Position numbers and translations under genes: made by a program | In this document: positions 1 through 9,007 of the stretch, piece by piece | Numbering within the stretch: the first letter of the stretch is position 1 | How the letters are laid out: each line of letters opens with the position of its first letter | Assembly (NCBI GenBank): GCA_033551855.1 | Contig: JAWSUI010000024.1 | Coordinates: 8,458 to 54,061, forward strand | Direction of reading: 5' to 3' | DNA length: 45,604 nucleotides | Source of the DNA: Deferrisomatales bacterium | GTDB taxonomy: Bacteria; Desulfobacterota; Deferrisomatia; Deferrisomatales; JACRMM01 | The notes under the pieces: model-generated | The model's input: only the letters and a program-made list of their open reading frames with translations | Databases searched by the model: none | What the model was told of the DNA's origin: nothing

Positions 1-11
1 CGCGTCCCGGC

Positions 12-564
12 GTAGGGGCGACGCATGCGTCGCCCGGACCATCGGACGTGGTCGGCCCCCGTTGCCCTGCGACGCCATCCCATGGGGCGACCCAGGGGGG
101 CGAACCAAACCCCCAATCCGTTAGGGCGACGCATGCGTCGCCCCTACGATGCACACCTGGGGCATTCAGGGCGCCGGCGCCACGTCCCCGACGTAGGGGC
201 GACGCGTGCGTCGCCCGGACCACCGCACGTGGTCGGGCACCGTTGCCCTGCGACGCCATCCCTTGGGGGCGACGCAGGGGGGGTGAACCAAACCCCGAAC
301 CCGGGTGGGCGACGCATGCGTCGCCCCTACGATGCACACCTGGGGCATTCAGGGCGCCGGCGCCGCGTCCCGGCGTAGGGGCGACGCATGCGTCGCCCGG
401 ACCATCGGACGTGGTCGGACCCCGTTGCCCCGCAGCGCCATCCCATGGGGGCGACGCAGGGAGGGCGAACCAAACCCCCAATCCGTTAGGGCGACGCATG
501 CGTCGCCCCTACGATTGCACACCGGCGCCACGCCCTGGGAGGGCGACGCATGCGTCGCCCCTAC
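12..564. repeat. REP array (left part): 7 copies of palindrome GGGCGACGCATGCGTCGCCC with GTAG/CTAC foot, mostly as inverted pairs with ~182-bp higher-order period (BIME/REPIN-like)
   Basis: Copies at about 12, 124, 193 (one mismatch), 307, 375, 489 and 541; linkers recur with ~182-bp period. Confidence 0.95.
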
Positions 565-1055
565 GTCGAATCCACCTCTGCGATCAAAGCGTCGAGGTTG
601 GCCAGCAGCCGTTCGTGGGCTGCCTTGAACGCTCCGACAGCTTGGGGTGTCCGCGAGTCGACGAGCTGCAGCTTTTCGGAATCGAGCTCCGTTTGGTAGA
701 TGTGCCGGAACACGTGCCGAAATGCTCGCAGCTCGTCGATCGCCCTCGCCTCCTCGGCTGTCAGCACGGCCGGCCGGACTCCTTCGATCGAGAGAGCCAT
801 CCTTCTGACAAGCTCTCGGTGCCAACTCGACCTGTCGACGTCATTTTCAAAGCACTTTGCGACACGAAGAAAGTAGTTCTCCATGAGACTGTACAGGTTG
901 ACGATCGTGTAGGCGAGCCCCACGTAGTCAAACTCGTCCGGCTCGATGCGGGCCAGCTTCCGCTTCATGCCCTCATACTTTCCGACCAGCCGCTCGAAGG
1001 CCTCTGCATCGTCCAACATCTCGGCCCGCAACACACGGAGTCGCTCACTTCTCAT
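561..1055 (-). CDS. hepT: HEPN-domain RNase toxin (HepT-like), 164 aa
   Basis: R-X4-H-X-Y motif RHVFRHIY; SWHRELVRRM..RPAVL segment typical of the family; overlaps the end of the upstream MNT gene; ATG at 1055. Confidence 0.85.
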   Translation of the reverse strand: MRSERLRVLRAEMLDDAEAFERLVGKYEGMKRKLARIEPDEFDYVGLAYTIVNLYSLMENYFLRVAKCFENDVDRSSWHRELVRRMALSIEGVRPAVLTAEEARAIDELRAFRHVFRHIYQTELDSEKLQLVDSRTPQAVGAFKAAHERLLANLDALIAEVDST

Positions 1056-1428
1056 AAAGCACGATCCCGTCTCGGAGTATAGACCTCCGAATGCGCTCGT
1101 CCGCCGCATCCAAGTCTACGAGATCCACGTCGAAAGGACTGTTGAGCGCCTCGGCGACGAGCCGCAAGAAGCTGTCCCGAGAGCCTGCGACCGCAAGATC
1201 GATGTCGAAGTCAGAGGTTGTCACATCCCCTCTGGCCAGCGACCCGAACAGGATGAGTTTCTCAAGCGCAGGGTCGATTTTCAGGAATACCCGCGCCAAC
1301 CTCTCCACCTCCGACCGGGCGTCTGCCACACGCGCATGCGCGGCTTCCCGCCGGCGGTCTCGAAGACGTATCTGGCGAGCCGCGGCTCTCTTGATCTGTT
1401 CCGAGGCAGCCGACAGCGGGTTTCCCAT
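1045..1428 (-). CDS. mntA: Minimal nucleotidyltransferase antitoxin (MntA-like), ~127 aa
   Basis: LFGSLARGD...DFDIDLAV and VDLVDL motifs; start ATG 1428 is inferred. Confidence 0.85.
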   Translation of the reverse strand: MGNPLSAASEQIKRAAARQIRLRDRRREAAHARVADARSEVERLARVFLKIDPALEKLILFGSLARGDVTTSDFDIDLAVAGSRDSFLRLVAEALNSPFDVDLVDLDAADERIRRSILRDGIVLYEK

Positions 1429-1519
1429 GGCGAGGCTCTCCGTCCCTTGTTCTTCGAAGCCTGCTTCAGCAGCGAAGAGGAAAGACTTTACCACAGAAAG
1501 CTCCGCCATCGCCCACGCG

Positions 1520-2521
1520 GCCCCACCACCGAACGGCGGGAATCCCGGACCACCGCACGTGGTCGGGCACCGTTGCCCTGCGACGTCACCCCATGCGGGC
1601 AACGCACGGGGGGCAAACCAAACCCCAAACCCTTTAGGGCGACGCATGCGTCGCCCCTACAACGAACGGCGGGAATCCCGGGGCCACGCGGGGCACGGCG
1701 TTGCGGGGACACCCCCGGCATCGCGGGCGACACCCCCGGCGTAGGGGCGACGCATGCGTCGCCCGGACCATCGGACCGGGTCGGGCCCCGTTTCCCTGCC
1801 ACGTCATCCCATGCGGGCGACGCAGGGGGCGAACCAAACCCCCAACCCGTTAGGGCGACGCATGCGTCGCCCCTACGATTGCACACCCGGGGCATTCAGG
1901 CGTCGACGCCACGCCCAGGGAGGGCGACGCATGCGTCGCCCCACCACCGAACGGCGGGAATCCCGGACCACACCTGGCACGGCAATGCGGGCGACGCATG
2001 CGTCGCCCCTACAACGGAACGTGGTGGACGCGGGGCCGCGCGCGGCACGGCATCGCGGGCGGCCCTCACCGGTCCTCCCGCACCGCCCCGGGCTTCACCC
2101 GGAAGGCCCGGGCGACCTTGTAGGGGCGACGCATGCGTCGCCCCACCACCGAACGGCGGGAATCCCGGACCACACATGGCACGGCAATGCGGGCGACGCA
2201 TGCGTCGCCCCTACAACCGAACGTGGTGGATCCGGGGCCGCGCGCGGCACGGCATCGCGGGCGGCCCTCACGGGTCCTCCCGCACCGCCCCGGGCTTCAC
2301 CCGGAAGGCCCGGGCGACCTTGTAGGGGCGACGCATGCGTCGCCCCCGACAACCGAACGACATGATTCCCGGAGCACGCACGGCACGGCATCGGGGGAGA
2401 CGCCCCGGGCATCGTGGGCGACGCATGCGTCGCCCCACCACCGGACGGCGTGAATCCCGGAGCCGCATGGCACGCCGTTGGGGGCGACACCCCGTAGGGG
2501 CGACGCATGCGTCGCCCCTAC
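1520..2521. repeat. REP array (middle): 10 REP copies, including a 202-bp tandem duplication and a perfect 28-bp palindrome GTAGGGGCGACGCATGCGTCGCCCCTAC at 2494-2521
   Basis: Copies at about 1637, 1741, 1853, 1922, 1989, 2120, 2191, 2322, 2416 and 2494; 1922-2123 is repeated at 2124-2325. Confidence 0.95.
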
Positions 2522-3090
2522 GACGGACGGCGGGGGGGCGGGGCATTTGCCGGGTTTTCGGAGTCGTCGGCCCATCGGGCCGGGTTGTCCATGATGTATT
2601 GCCGGACATCCGCCAACTCCCCATCGTCCCGGATGACGCGTTCGTAGTAATTGCGTTGCCACACCGCCGCACCAAGGCTGTTCCGCAGCTGATTGATACG
2701 TCTGGCGGCGCCCGATTTGAACGACCCCACGACGGCACCCACCGACCCCCGTGCCGGCCCCAATGCCCCACCCCGTAGGGGCGACGCATGCGTCGCCCCG
2801 GCACGCGTCACCCCCGAGTCCGTATGGAGGAAGAGGATCCCGTGCACGTGGTTGGGCATGACGACAAAGGCATCCAGGTCCACCTGGGGGAAATGATCGG
2901 CAATCGCCTCCCAGGATTCTACAACCGACCGCCCGTTGCGGTTCAGGCTCATCTCCCCGTTCCATACCGCCCCGAAAATGCACCTCCGGCCAGCCGCACA
3001 GATCGTCACGAAATACGCCCCTCCACTGGAATAATCGTAGTCCCGGAGGCGGATGGAACGGCGACGGTGGATAGCCGGGTCGTACGTCAT
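2518..3090 (-). CDS. rayT: REP-associated tyrosine transposase (RAYT, HUH/Y1 family), 190 aa
   Basis: RRSIRLRDYDYS..GAYFVTIC N-terminus, MPNHVH (HUH), VWQRNYY, catalytic QYIMDNP; flanked on both sides by REPs. Confidence 0.93.
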   Translation of the reverse strand: MTYDPAIHRRRSIRLRDYDYSSGGAYFVTICAAGRRCIFGAVWNGEMSLNRNGRSVVESWEAIADHFPQVDLDAFVVMPNHVHGILFLHTDSGVTRAGATHASPLRGGALGPARGSVGAVVGSFKSGAARRINQLRNSLGAAVWQRNYYERVIRDDGELADVRQYIMDNPARWADDSENPANAPPPRRPS

Positions 3091-3132
3091 GGCCTGACTC
3101 TCGGTGGAGGCACCCGCGTTTGGGCAACCTTT

Positions 3133-3469
3133 GGGCGACGCATGCGTCGCCCCTACGAACGAACGGCATATATCCCCGGGCCTCGCGTGGCGCGGCGTTG
3201 CGGCGTCGCCCGGGGCGTTGGGGGCGACGCATGCGTCGCCCCTACAACCGAACCTCGTGGATCCCCGGCCTCGCCTGGCTCGGTATGGCGGGCGACGCAT
3301 GCGTCGCCCCTACGAATGAACGGCGTGGATCCCAGGGGACGCATGGCATGGCGTTGCGGGCGACGCATGCGTCGCCCCACCACCGAACGGCGTGGATCCC
3401 CGGCCTCGCGTGGCGCGGCGTCGGGGGCACCGCCCGGGGCGTTGGGGGCGACGCATGCGTCGCCCTTAC
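3133..3469. repeat. REP array (right): 5 REP copies upstream of RAYT
   Basis: Copies at about 3133, 3221, 3290, 3358 and 3446, with related linkers (e.g. AACGGCGTGGATCCC). Confidence 0.93.
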
Positions 3470-3981
3470 GGGGTGCCGCGGACGAGGCGGGCGTGGAGGG
3501 TGCCGGTCTTCACGCTCGCGTTGACGGCGCCGAACCCGAAATCCACGCTCCAGGCGGCCTGGGCGAAGCCGGCGTAGGGGGAGGAGGTCCAGAAGTAGAC
3601 GGGAGGGGTGTCGGGGAAGACCGCGGCGTTGACCGTCGGGGAGTGGCACCGCTCTTCCACCAGGGACTCGAGCTCGTTCTTGCTGGGAAGCCGCCAGTCG
3701 GAGTGACCGGCAAACTCCTGGGCCGCGGCTGCCCGCAGGGCCTCCCCCCAGGTGAGCTCCCGGGGGGGCCCGCTGCAGGCCCGCCCGTCCCAGGCCTGCC
3801 CCAGGCTGCAGCGCATCCACGTGAGCCCCGTGGTCTTGTGGGTGACGGTGCCGTCGCCGTGGACCGCGAAGTTGGCGTCCGGGGTGGACGCCGGGATCGT
3901 GTCCTTGCAGACCTGAGCGTTCGCGGCGAGGGGCATGAAAATGATGAATGCAAATGCAAGGCAAATACTGGTCCCGCGCAA
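3466..3981 (-). CDS. Secreted DUF1566/Lcl C-terminal-domain protein
   Basis: Signal-like ICLAFAFIIFMPLAANA; GDGTVTHKTTGLTWMRC, DWRLPSKNELESL, YFWTSS, RLVR; start uncertain (TTG 3981; frame open to 4077). Confidence 0.85.
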   Translation of the reverse strand: MRGTSICLAFAFIIFMPLAANAQVCKDTIPASTPDANFAVHGDGTVTHKTTGLTWMRCSLGQAWDGRACSGPPRELTWGEALRAAAAQEFAGHSDWRLPSKNELESLVEERCHSPTVNAAVFPDTPPVYFWTSSPYAGFAQAAWSVDFGFGAVNASVKTGTLHARLVRGTP

Positions 3982-4016
3982 CGACCCAACGGGGCGACGT
4001 ACGAAGAACCGAATAT

Positions 4017-4043
4017 AACCGCCAAGACGCCAAGGACGCCAAG
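4017..4043 (+). repeat. AACCGCCAAGACGCCAAGGACGCCAAG trimeric short repeat, identical copy at 37886-37912
   Basis: 27/27 match between the two copies. Confidence 0.85.
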
Positions 4044-4095
4044 GACGGCTTTCCGAGTTAGGAATCAGTGTTCTCAACTTCTCACCTGAGAAGAG

Positions 4096-4377
4096 CTACT
4101 GGGGGCACAGGAGCGACTCGCGGCTCCGAAGCGCCTCCTTCAGTGGACCGCTGGGCTCGGGAGGGCTCTCCATCAGGGCGAGAACCGCCTCCGCGCCACT
4201 GGAAGAGAGCGAAACCACGCGTTCCCGCTCCAAGACTTCCGTTGCCTTCTCGACCGCAGACTGCACCACGAACTGGTTCACCGTGGCCCCCACGGCGTCT
4301 GCCGCCTGGGCGATGAGGTCGCGAACCTGGGGGGGTGCCCGGGCCGACAGCCTTGCCTCGACACCCGGTGTGGCCAT
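4096..4377 (-). CDS. DUF1778 (TacA-like) RHH antitoxin, orphan
   Basis: ARLSAR...LIAQAADAVGATVNQFVVQSA...LS...LMESPPEP...L.EAL pattern; AAGGAGG RBS; no GNAT toxin follows, only an 8-codon overlapping stub (VPPVALLR). Confidence 0.85.
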   Translation of the reverse strand: MATPGVEARLSARAPPQVRDLIAQAADAVGATVNQFVVQSAVEKATEVLERERVVSLSSSGAEAVLALMESPPEPSGPLKEALRSRESLLCPQ

Positions 4378-4400
4378 GCGTCACCTCCTTCCGAGGCTCG

Positions 4401-4430
4401 AGCATACGCCCAGCGGTGCCAAATTGGCAA
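4401..4430 (-). promoter_or_regulatory. Probable sigma70 promoter (TTGCCA-N18-TATGCT) with overlapping operator palindrome TGCCAA-A-TTGGCA (4417-4429)
   Basis: Seen upstream of the DUF1778 gene; arrangement typical of TA autoregulation. Confidence 0.5.
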
Positions 4431-4643
4431 CGCGAGTCGGACGGACCGAGCCCCTCTTCGGCGCGACCTCCGCCTCCTTGCATCGCCGGGAAGAATCCCC
4501 CCTGATCTTTACCGACCCCCACGGATCAGGTAGTCTCGGCTTGCCGCTCACGTAACTCGGGGTACCAGTAGCCGCGTGTGGTCCGCTCTCCCGTGGGCCG
4601 GAAGCCTACCAGACTTCTCTGTGGGTGTTCACCGGAGTCGCCG

Positions 4644-4928
4644 TTGAAGATCAAGGCTCTGATATGGCTCGAGGACATCGTCGACAAACTGTTGTGGAAG
4701 CACGACGTAGATGACCATGAAGTTCGAGAAGCACTAGAGAGTGGGCCGCTTTTTAGATTCGTCGAAAAAGGTCACAGGAAAGACGAGGACGTTTACGCTG
4801 CATTCGGAAGGACCAAGGCGGGCAGATACCTAATCGTCTTCTTTGTGTACAAGAAAGACAGCAGTGCTATTATATTGTCAGCCAGAGACATGACTTTGTC
4901 GGAACGGAGGCTCTATGAGCGCAGGTAA
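4644..4928 (+). CDS. brnT: BrnT-like RNase toxin
   Basis: IW....DKLLWKHDV...EVRE; GRTKAGRYLIVFF; ILSARDMT..ERRLY; GGAG RBS before TTG 4644. Confidence 0.8.
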   Translation: MKIKALIWLEDIVDKLLWKHDVDDHEVREALESGPLFRFVEKGHRKDEDVYAAFGRTKAGRYLIVFFVYKKDSSAIILSARDMTLSERRLYERR

Positions 4929-5181
4929 GACATCGATTTCCAAGGCGAAGTCGTACCGAGAGATCGCAGAGTTCTGGTCGGAAACGAATCTATCCGACCA
5001 TTGGGACCAGACCAGACCGGCAGAGTTTGAGGTCGAGATCCGATCCGAGAAGCGCTATTACGCCCTCGACTCAGAAGTGTCCGCCGAGATGGCGAGGATC
5101 GCGCACCGGCGGGGCGTGACCGCAGAAACCCTTCTGAACCTTTGGGTACAGGAAAAGATCCGGGAGAGCGTGAAGGCCTGA
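4915..5181 (+). CDS. CopG/BrnA-like antitoxin
   Basis: SYREIAEFWSETNLSDHW and C-terminal RHH-like IAHRRGVTAETLLNLWVQEK; overlaps the toxin gene end. Confidence 0.8.
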   Translation: MSAGKTSISKAKSYREIAEFWSETNLSDHWDQTRPAEFEVEIRSEKRYYALDSEVSAEMARIAHRRGVTAETLLNLWVQEKIRESVKA

Positions 5182-5240
5182 GAGCCTGCGAAAGGCCGAA
5201 AACCAAGGAAACAAGCCGCTCTCCGACCCAAAGGAGCCTT

Positions 5241-5610
5241 CCGTTGAGCCGTTGCGCCGCAACGGATCAAGACCAAATCGACTTCCACAAGACCTGTCTC
5301 GCGCAACGAACGCAAAGATCGCCATGGTTTAGGAACAAATAAAAACCCAACAAACCCGGCCTCACGCAACGACGCAACGACGCAACGGTTAAATCAAGAT
5401 CCACTTCCAAAAACCTGTCTCGCGCAACGAACGCTACGATCGCAACGCAGAACCTTCAAACTAGGCATATTCCCAACCAAAATAAGCCTTGCGTTGCGTT
5501 CGTTGCGTCGTTGCGTGAGGCCGCCTTTGACTTTCTTTGCGTCCTTCGCGAGCTTTGCGCGAAACCGCCTTTGACCATGCCCTTCCCACGTTGCGCCGTT
5601 GCGTCGTCGT
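5241..5610. repeat. Array A of (CGCAACGA)x3 units with A- or T-rich spacers; left units forward, right units inverted
   Basis: Forward units near 5296, 5360, 5417; inverted units near 5489-5520, 5535-5565, 5588-5607. Confidence 0.85.
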
Positions 5611-5774
5611 ATTACCCCTACGATTACCCTCACGTGGGGTCGTTACCCCTTCTTACGCCATCTGGCCGCCGGCCCCCGCCGACCCCCGCGGCGGCAAGCC
5701 GACACCTTGATATGACCTGCAAACCGCTCCACAATTTACCTTGAGGTTCACCCTCTGGCGGAAGGAGGCATCTC

Positions 5775-6040
5775 ATGGGCATTCTTGAAGAAATTGCCGC
5801 CACAGAGCGAGACTCCCCGACCAGGCCGCTCGAGAGGTGCTTGATTTCATAGCGTTACTGGAGGCGCGCTACGCCTCACAAGCTGAGTCGCGCCCTGCCG
5901 GGGAGGCATCCTCCGCTTCCTCTCTCTACGACGCTTTGGAGAAGATCGGGTTCATCGGGTGCGCGGAGACTGACGAACAGCTTTCGACCACGGACAAGAA
6001 CAGGCTTGATTTCTCGAACAAATGCGGCCGCAAATCATGA
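5775..6040 (+). pseudogene. DUF2281-like antitoxin, frameshifted
   Basis: AAGGAGG RBS and ATG 5775 (MGILEEIA) are in a different frame from LPDQAAREVLDFIALLEARY; shift near 5797-5812. Confidence 0.6.
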
Positions 6041-6081
6041 TCATCGTGGACACCGGCGCCTGGGTTGCATTGACGGATCGG
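6037..6081 (+). pseudogene. PIN/VapC toxin 5' stub
   Basis: ATGA-coupled to the antitoxin; MIIVDTGAWVAL is a classic PIN N-terminus; similarity stops after ~15 codons. Confidence 0.65.
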
Positions 6082-6225
6082 CCCGTCTTCACCTTCGCCG
6101 GCTGGGTCTTCCCACCTCCTGCGGAATCGCCCGTCCCGTGTCCACCGAGATTCCACGTCCTTGCCGTTCTCCTGTGCTTACGTTATTATTCTTACATATC
6201 TAAATCCATGATCAAAGAGGCAGCC

Positions 6226-6483
6226 ATGGACAAGGTTCTATCTGCACGCGTGGACGAAGCGGTTCTGCGGCGCCTCGGCATGTTGGCGAGGGCGCTTGGA
6301 ACGACCAAGAAAGATGTCTTGCAGCGGGCCATCCTCACCTTCTCGGAACGTGTAGAAATGGAGCAGGACATCGACGTGTTCCGGCAGACCTGCGGCGCAT
6401 GGCACCGGGACGAATCACCGGAGGAGACAGCCCAGAAAGCGAGGCTAACATTCCGCCAGGGGTTGGAGAGGCATCTCCGGTGA
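6226..6483 (+). CDS. RHH/CopG antitoxin (VapB-like)
   Basis: MDKVLSARVDE..LRRL..LARALGTTKKDVLQRAI; GAW motif; GTGA overlap with the PIN gene. Confidence 0.8.
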   Translation: MDKVLSARVDEAVLRRLGMLARALGTTKKDVLQRAILTFSERVEMEQDIDVFRQTCGAWHRDESPEETAQKARLTFRQGLERHLR

Positions 6484-6866
6484 GAGCGTACATAGACGCC
6501 GACATCCTCATCTGGCACCTCCGTGGTGACCAAAGGGCCGCCGACTTCCTGTGTCAGATTCGCGATGCCGGTGAGCTCGAGCTCTGGATCGGTGCCCTGC
6601 AGCGGGCAGAAGTCGTGTTCTTCATGCGCCCGGGAGAGGAGGAAGCCACCCGGTGCTTCCTGGCACAATTCAACACGTCGCCCATCGATGCCGACATCGT
6701 GGACCGGGGCGGAGAGCTATACCGGAAATGGCATCCCAGTCATGGGATCGACGTCAATGATGCCTTGCTGGCGGCGACGGTGATGAAGACAGGCGGAAAG
6801 ATCTTCTGCCTCAATACGCGACATTACCCGTCGCCGAACGTCGTGGCGGACCGGCCGTGGACGTAG
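6480..6866 (+). CDS. vapC: PIN-domain toxin
   Basis: YIDADILI, AEV, DVNDALLAAT, LNTRHY acidic PIN motifs. Confidence 0.88.
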   Translation: MRAYIDADILIWHLRGDQRAADFLCQIRDAGELELWIGALQRAEVVFFMRPGEEEATRCFLAQFNTSPIDADIVDRGGELYRKWHPSHGIDVNDALLAATVMKTGGKIFCLNTRHYPSPNVVADRPWT

Positions 6867-7020
6867 CATCGACGCGCGCAACCTGGCCACACGGAGAGAA
6901 ATCCCCTCTGCACTCCCCCGACTGCGCACGAGGCGGCAAGGTCCCGCTCGCCTCCCCATAGAGTCCCTCCGCAGGACGATCGGCACAAGACCGTTGTCCG
7001 AGGGCAACGCTCCTCTCCAC

Positions 7021-7365
7021 GAACGCACGCAACGACGCTACGGTTGAAACTGGACCCAAATACACCAAGACCTGTTTTGCGCAACGAACGCAACGATCGC
7101 AAAGATTTAAAAACAAATCCAAATCCAACAAACCCGGCCTCACGCAACGACGCTACGACGCTACGTTGAGAGCCAAACCAGAAAGTCCTGTCTCGCGCAA
7201 CGATCGCAACGAAAAACCCATTATTGTTTTCAACCCAAAAACGCTCTTATTGGCGGCCTTTGCGCGAAAAACGCCTTTGACACTGCCTTTACACGTTGCG
7301 CCGTTGCGTCGTTGCGTGAGGCCGCCCTTGGCTTTGCCTTTCCATGCAGCACCGTTGCGTGAGAC
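7021..7365. repeat. Array B of (CGCAACGA)x3 units, homologous to array A and in the same orientation
   Basis: 29-bp exact match 7125-7153 = 5347-5375; same forward-then-inverted layout. Confidence 0.85.
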
Positions 7366-7374
7366 CCGACCTGG

Positions 7375-7585
7375 TCAAGGGTTGTCCAGGCCGAAGGTCA
7401 CCGTACGTCCCCTCACCAGGCGCACCGGATTCGCGTTGCTCTTCTGGTTCGGGTAGGCCTCCCCGTAGTGGAAGTACACGTGCCATGCCGAGCCCGGCTG
7501 GTCGGCGTAGGGCGACGACGACCAGAAGTAGGCGGCCTCCGTGTTCGGAAAGTGCCCCGGGTCGATCGCCGGGTCGAAGCGGCCC
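7375..7585 (-). pseudogene. 5'-truncated DUF1566/Lcl gene
   Basis: GRFDPAIDPGHFPNT..YFWSSSPY..SAWHVYF..VRLVRG; upstream in-frame sequence is repeat-rich and lacks the WRLP..EL motif. Confidence 0.75.
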
Positions 7586-8121
7586 TCCGCCCCGCGGGTT
7601 CCCTCCCGGCTCGCCCATCCCCTCCATCCCTGTTCATCCCTGTTCCCCCTCGAACTGCGGGAGGTGGTCATGCCCCCTTCCAGACCTGCCTGTGTTCCAA
7701 GGCCCATGCGCAGGCCCCATCGTCCGCTGGAACGCCTGCGGAGACGGCTGCCGGGGCTGGCCTCCAGCCGGTCGGGCTCTGAAGTCGGAACGGAGCGGCT
7801 GGGAGCTGCTGGATCGGTTCGGGGTTCGAGATTTGAAAGAGGGCTCGAAGCCCTGAAGCGAGCGGGGCGGTTTAGATTTCTGGAGCTCAAGATCGAACCT
7901 CCAACGTCGGAGGCCGAAGCTTGAACCATTGTTTCATGCATGTTCAAGCATGTTTCAAATGCTCAGGTCCTTCCGATATCGGTTGACAGTCCCTATCTCT
8001 CCTGATACCACATCCTGCATGTCGAAATAGGAATTCCCCATTCGCCCCGGGGGACGCGGCCGCACCCTTCAGTGTGCCCGCCCCGGCGGGTCTTGAAGTA
8101 GCCTCATGAGGAGGGAGGAAG

Positions 8122-8970
8122 ATGGGAAGCGCGGATGCGTTTCGCATCAGGGTTCTCCTGCGGGCGGTGGTCGCCGGCGGTCTGGCCTTGTTTCTTCCGC
8201 ACGTCTTCGCCGCCCTTGCCTTTGCGGAAGCGAAGATTGATCTCTACGCGGTCGAACCCGAGCCGATGACCGTCGCCGAATGCGGGCGGTGCCACCCGAG
8301 CCAGTTCCGGAACCTGAAGGAGAGCGGGGGCGGGCATCGCTTCGACTGCCGGGACTGTCACCGGATCTATCACGCGTACAACCCGCGCCGGGGCAACTAC
8401 GCCGACCTGATGCCGCCGTGCTCCAACTGCCACAGCGCACCCCACGGTGACGAGCAGGGCGACTGTCTTTCCTGCCACGAAAACCCGCACGCCCCCCGCC
8501 TGGCCCTGGCGATGCAAAAGCTGGCCGAGGTATGCGGCGACTGCCACAAGGAGCCGGCGGAGCAGTTCAGGAGCTTTCCCAGCGCCCATTCCCAGCAGGA
8601 CTGCCAGACGTGTCACAGGGATCGGCACGGCCGCATTCCCGACTGCTCGGAGTGCCACGGGCCTCACTTCGAGGGTCAGGTCGGCAGCACCTGCGCCGAA
8701 TGTCATCCGGCCCACAAGCCGCTGGAAACAGCGCTTCCCGTCGGCGCAGACCCCAAGACCTGCGCCGCCTGCCACGACAAGGTGTTCATCAAGTGGCTCA
8801 ATACCCAAAGCCGGCACGGGCAGGTGAACTGCGCGGTCTGTCACGCGCGGCACCGCTTGAAGCCGGAATGCACCGCTTGCCACCAGCCGCCGCACGACCC
8901 GAGGTTCACGGCCAAGTTCAAGAGCTGCCTGGGGTGTCACCTGGATGTTCACAACCTGCCGGCGAAGTGA
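8122..8970 (+). CDS. Periplasmic dodecaheme cytochrome c
   Basis: 12 CxxCH motifs counted; signal peptide; GGAGG RBS. Confidence 0.93.
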   Translation: MGSADAFRIRVLLRAVVAGGLALFLPHVFAALAFAEAKIDLYAVEPEPMTVAECGRCHPSQFRNLKESGGGHRFDCRDCHRIYHAYNPRRGNYADLMPPCSNCHSAPHGDEQGDCLSCHENPHAPRLALAMQKLAEVCGDCHKEPAEQFRSFPSAHSQQDCQTCHRDRHGRIPDCSECHGPHFEGQVGSTCAECHPAHKPLETALPVGADPKTCAACHDKVFIKWLNTQSRHGQVNCAVCHARHRLKPECTACHQPPHDPRFTAKFKSCLGCHLDVHNLPAK

Positions 8971-9007
8971 AGAAGCCAGGTTTCCCGGCGACTGCTGCAG
9001 GAGCAGG

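Noticed and set aside
12..3469. CRISPR array
   Set aside because: Spacers are homologous to each other and variable in length, repeat orientation alternates, there are no cas genes, and a RAYT is present; this is a REP array
25..3577. Many ORFs containing GATHASP / GDACVAP / MRRP
   Set aside because: These are translations of the REP palindrome, whose CATG supplies spurious starts on both strands
6022..6483. Single 153-aa PIN-antitoxin fusion ORF
   Set aside because: The middle is AT-rich promoter-like sequence and an RBS precedes ATG 6226; better read as a PIN stub plus a separate antitoxin
5241..7365. Integron attC sites around the TA genes
   Set aside because: No integron integrase, and I could not identify clear RYYYAAC...GTTRRRY boxes at gene ends
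3466..7585. Diversity-generating retroelement VR/TR pair in the two Lcl C-termini
   Set aside because: The two sequences differ at many non-adenine and synonymous positions, and no reverse transcriptase is in the window
7375..7947. Full 190-aa ORF as an intact Lcl gene
   Set aside because: The N-terminal ~120 aa run through repeat tracts and lack Lcl motifs and a signal peptide
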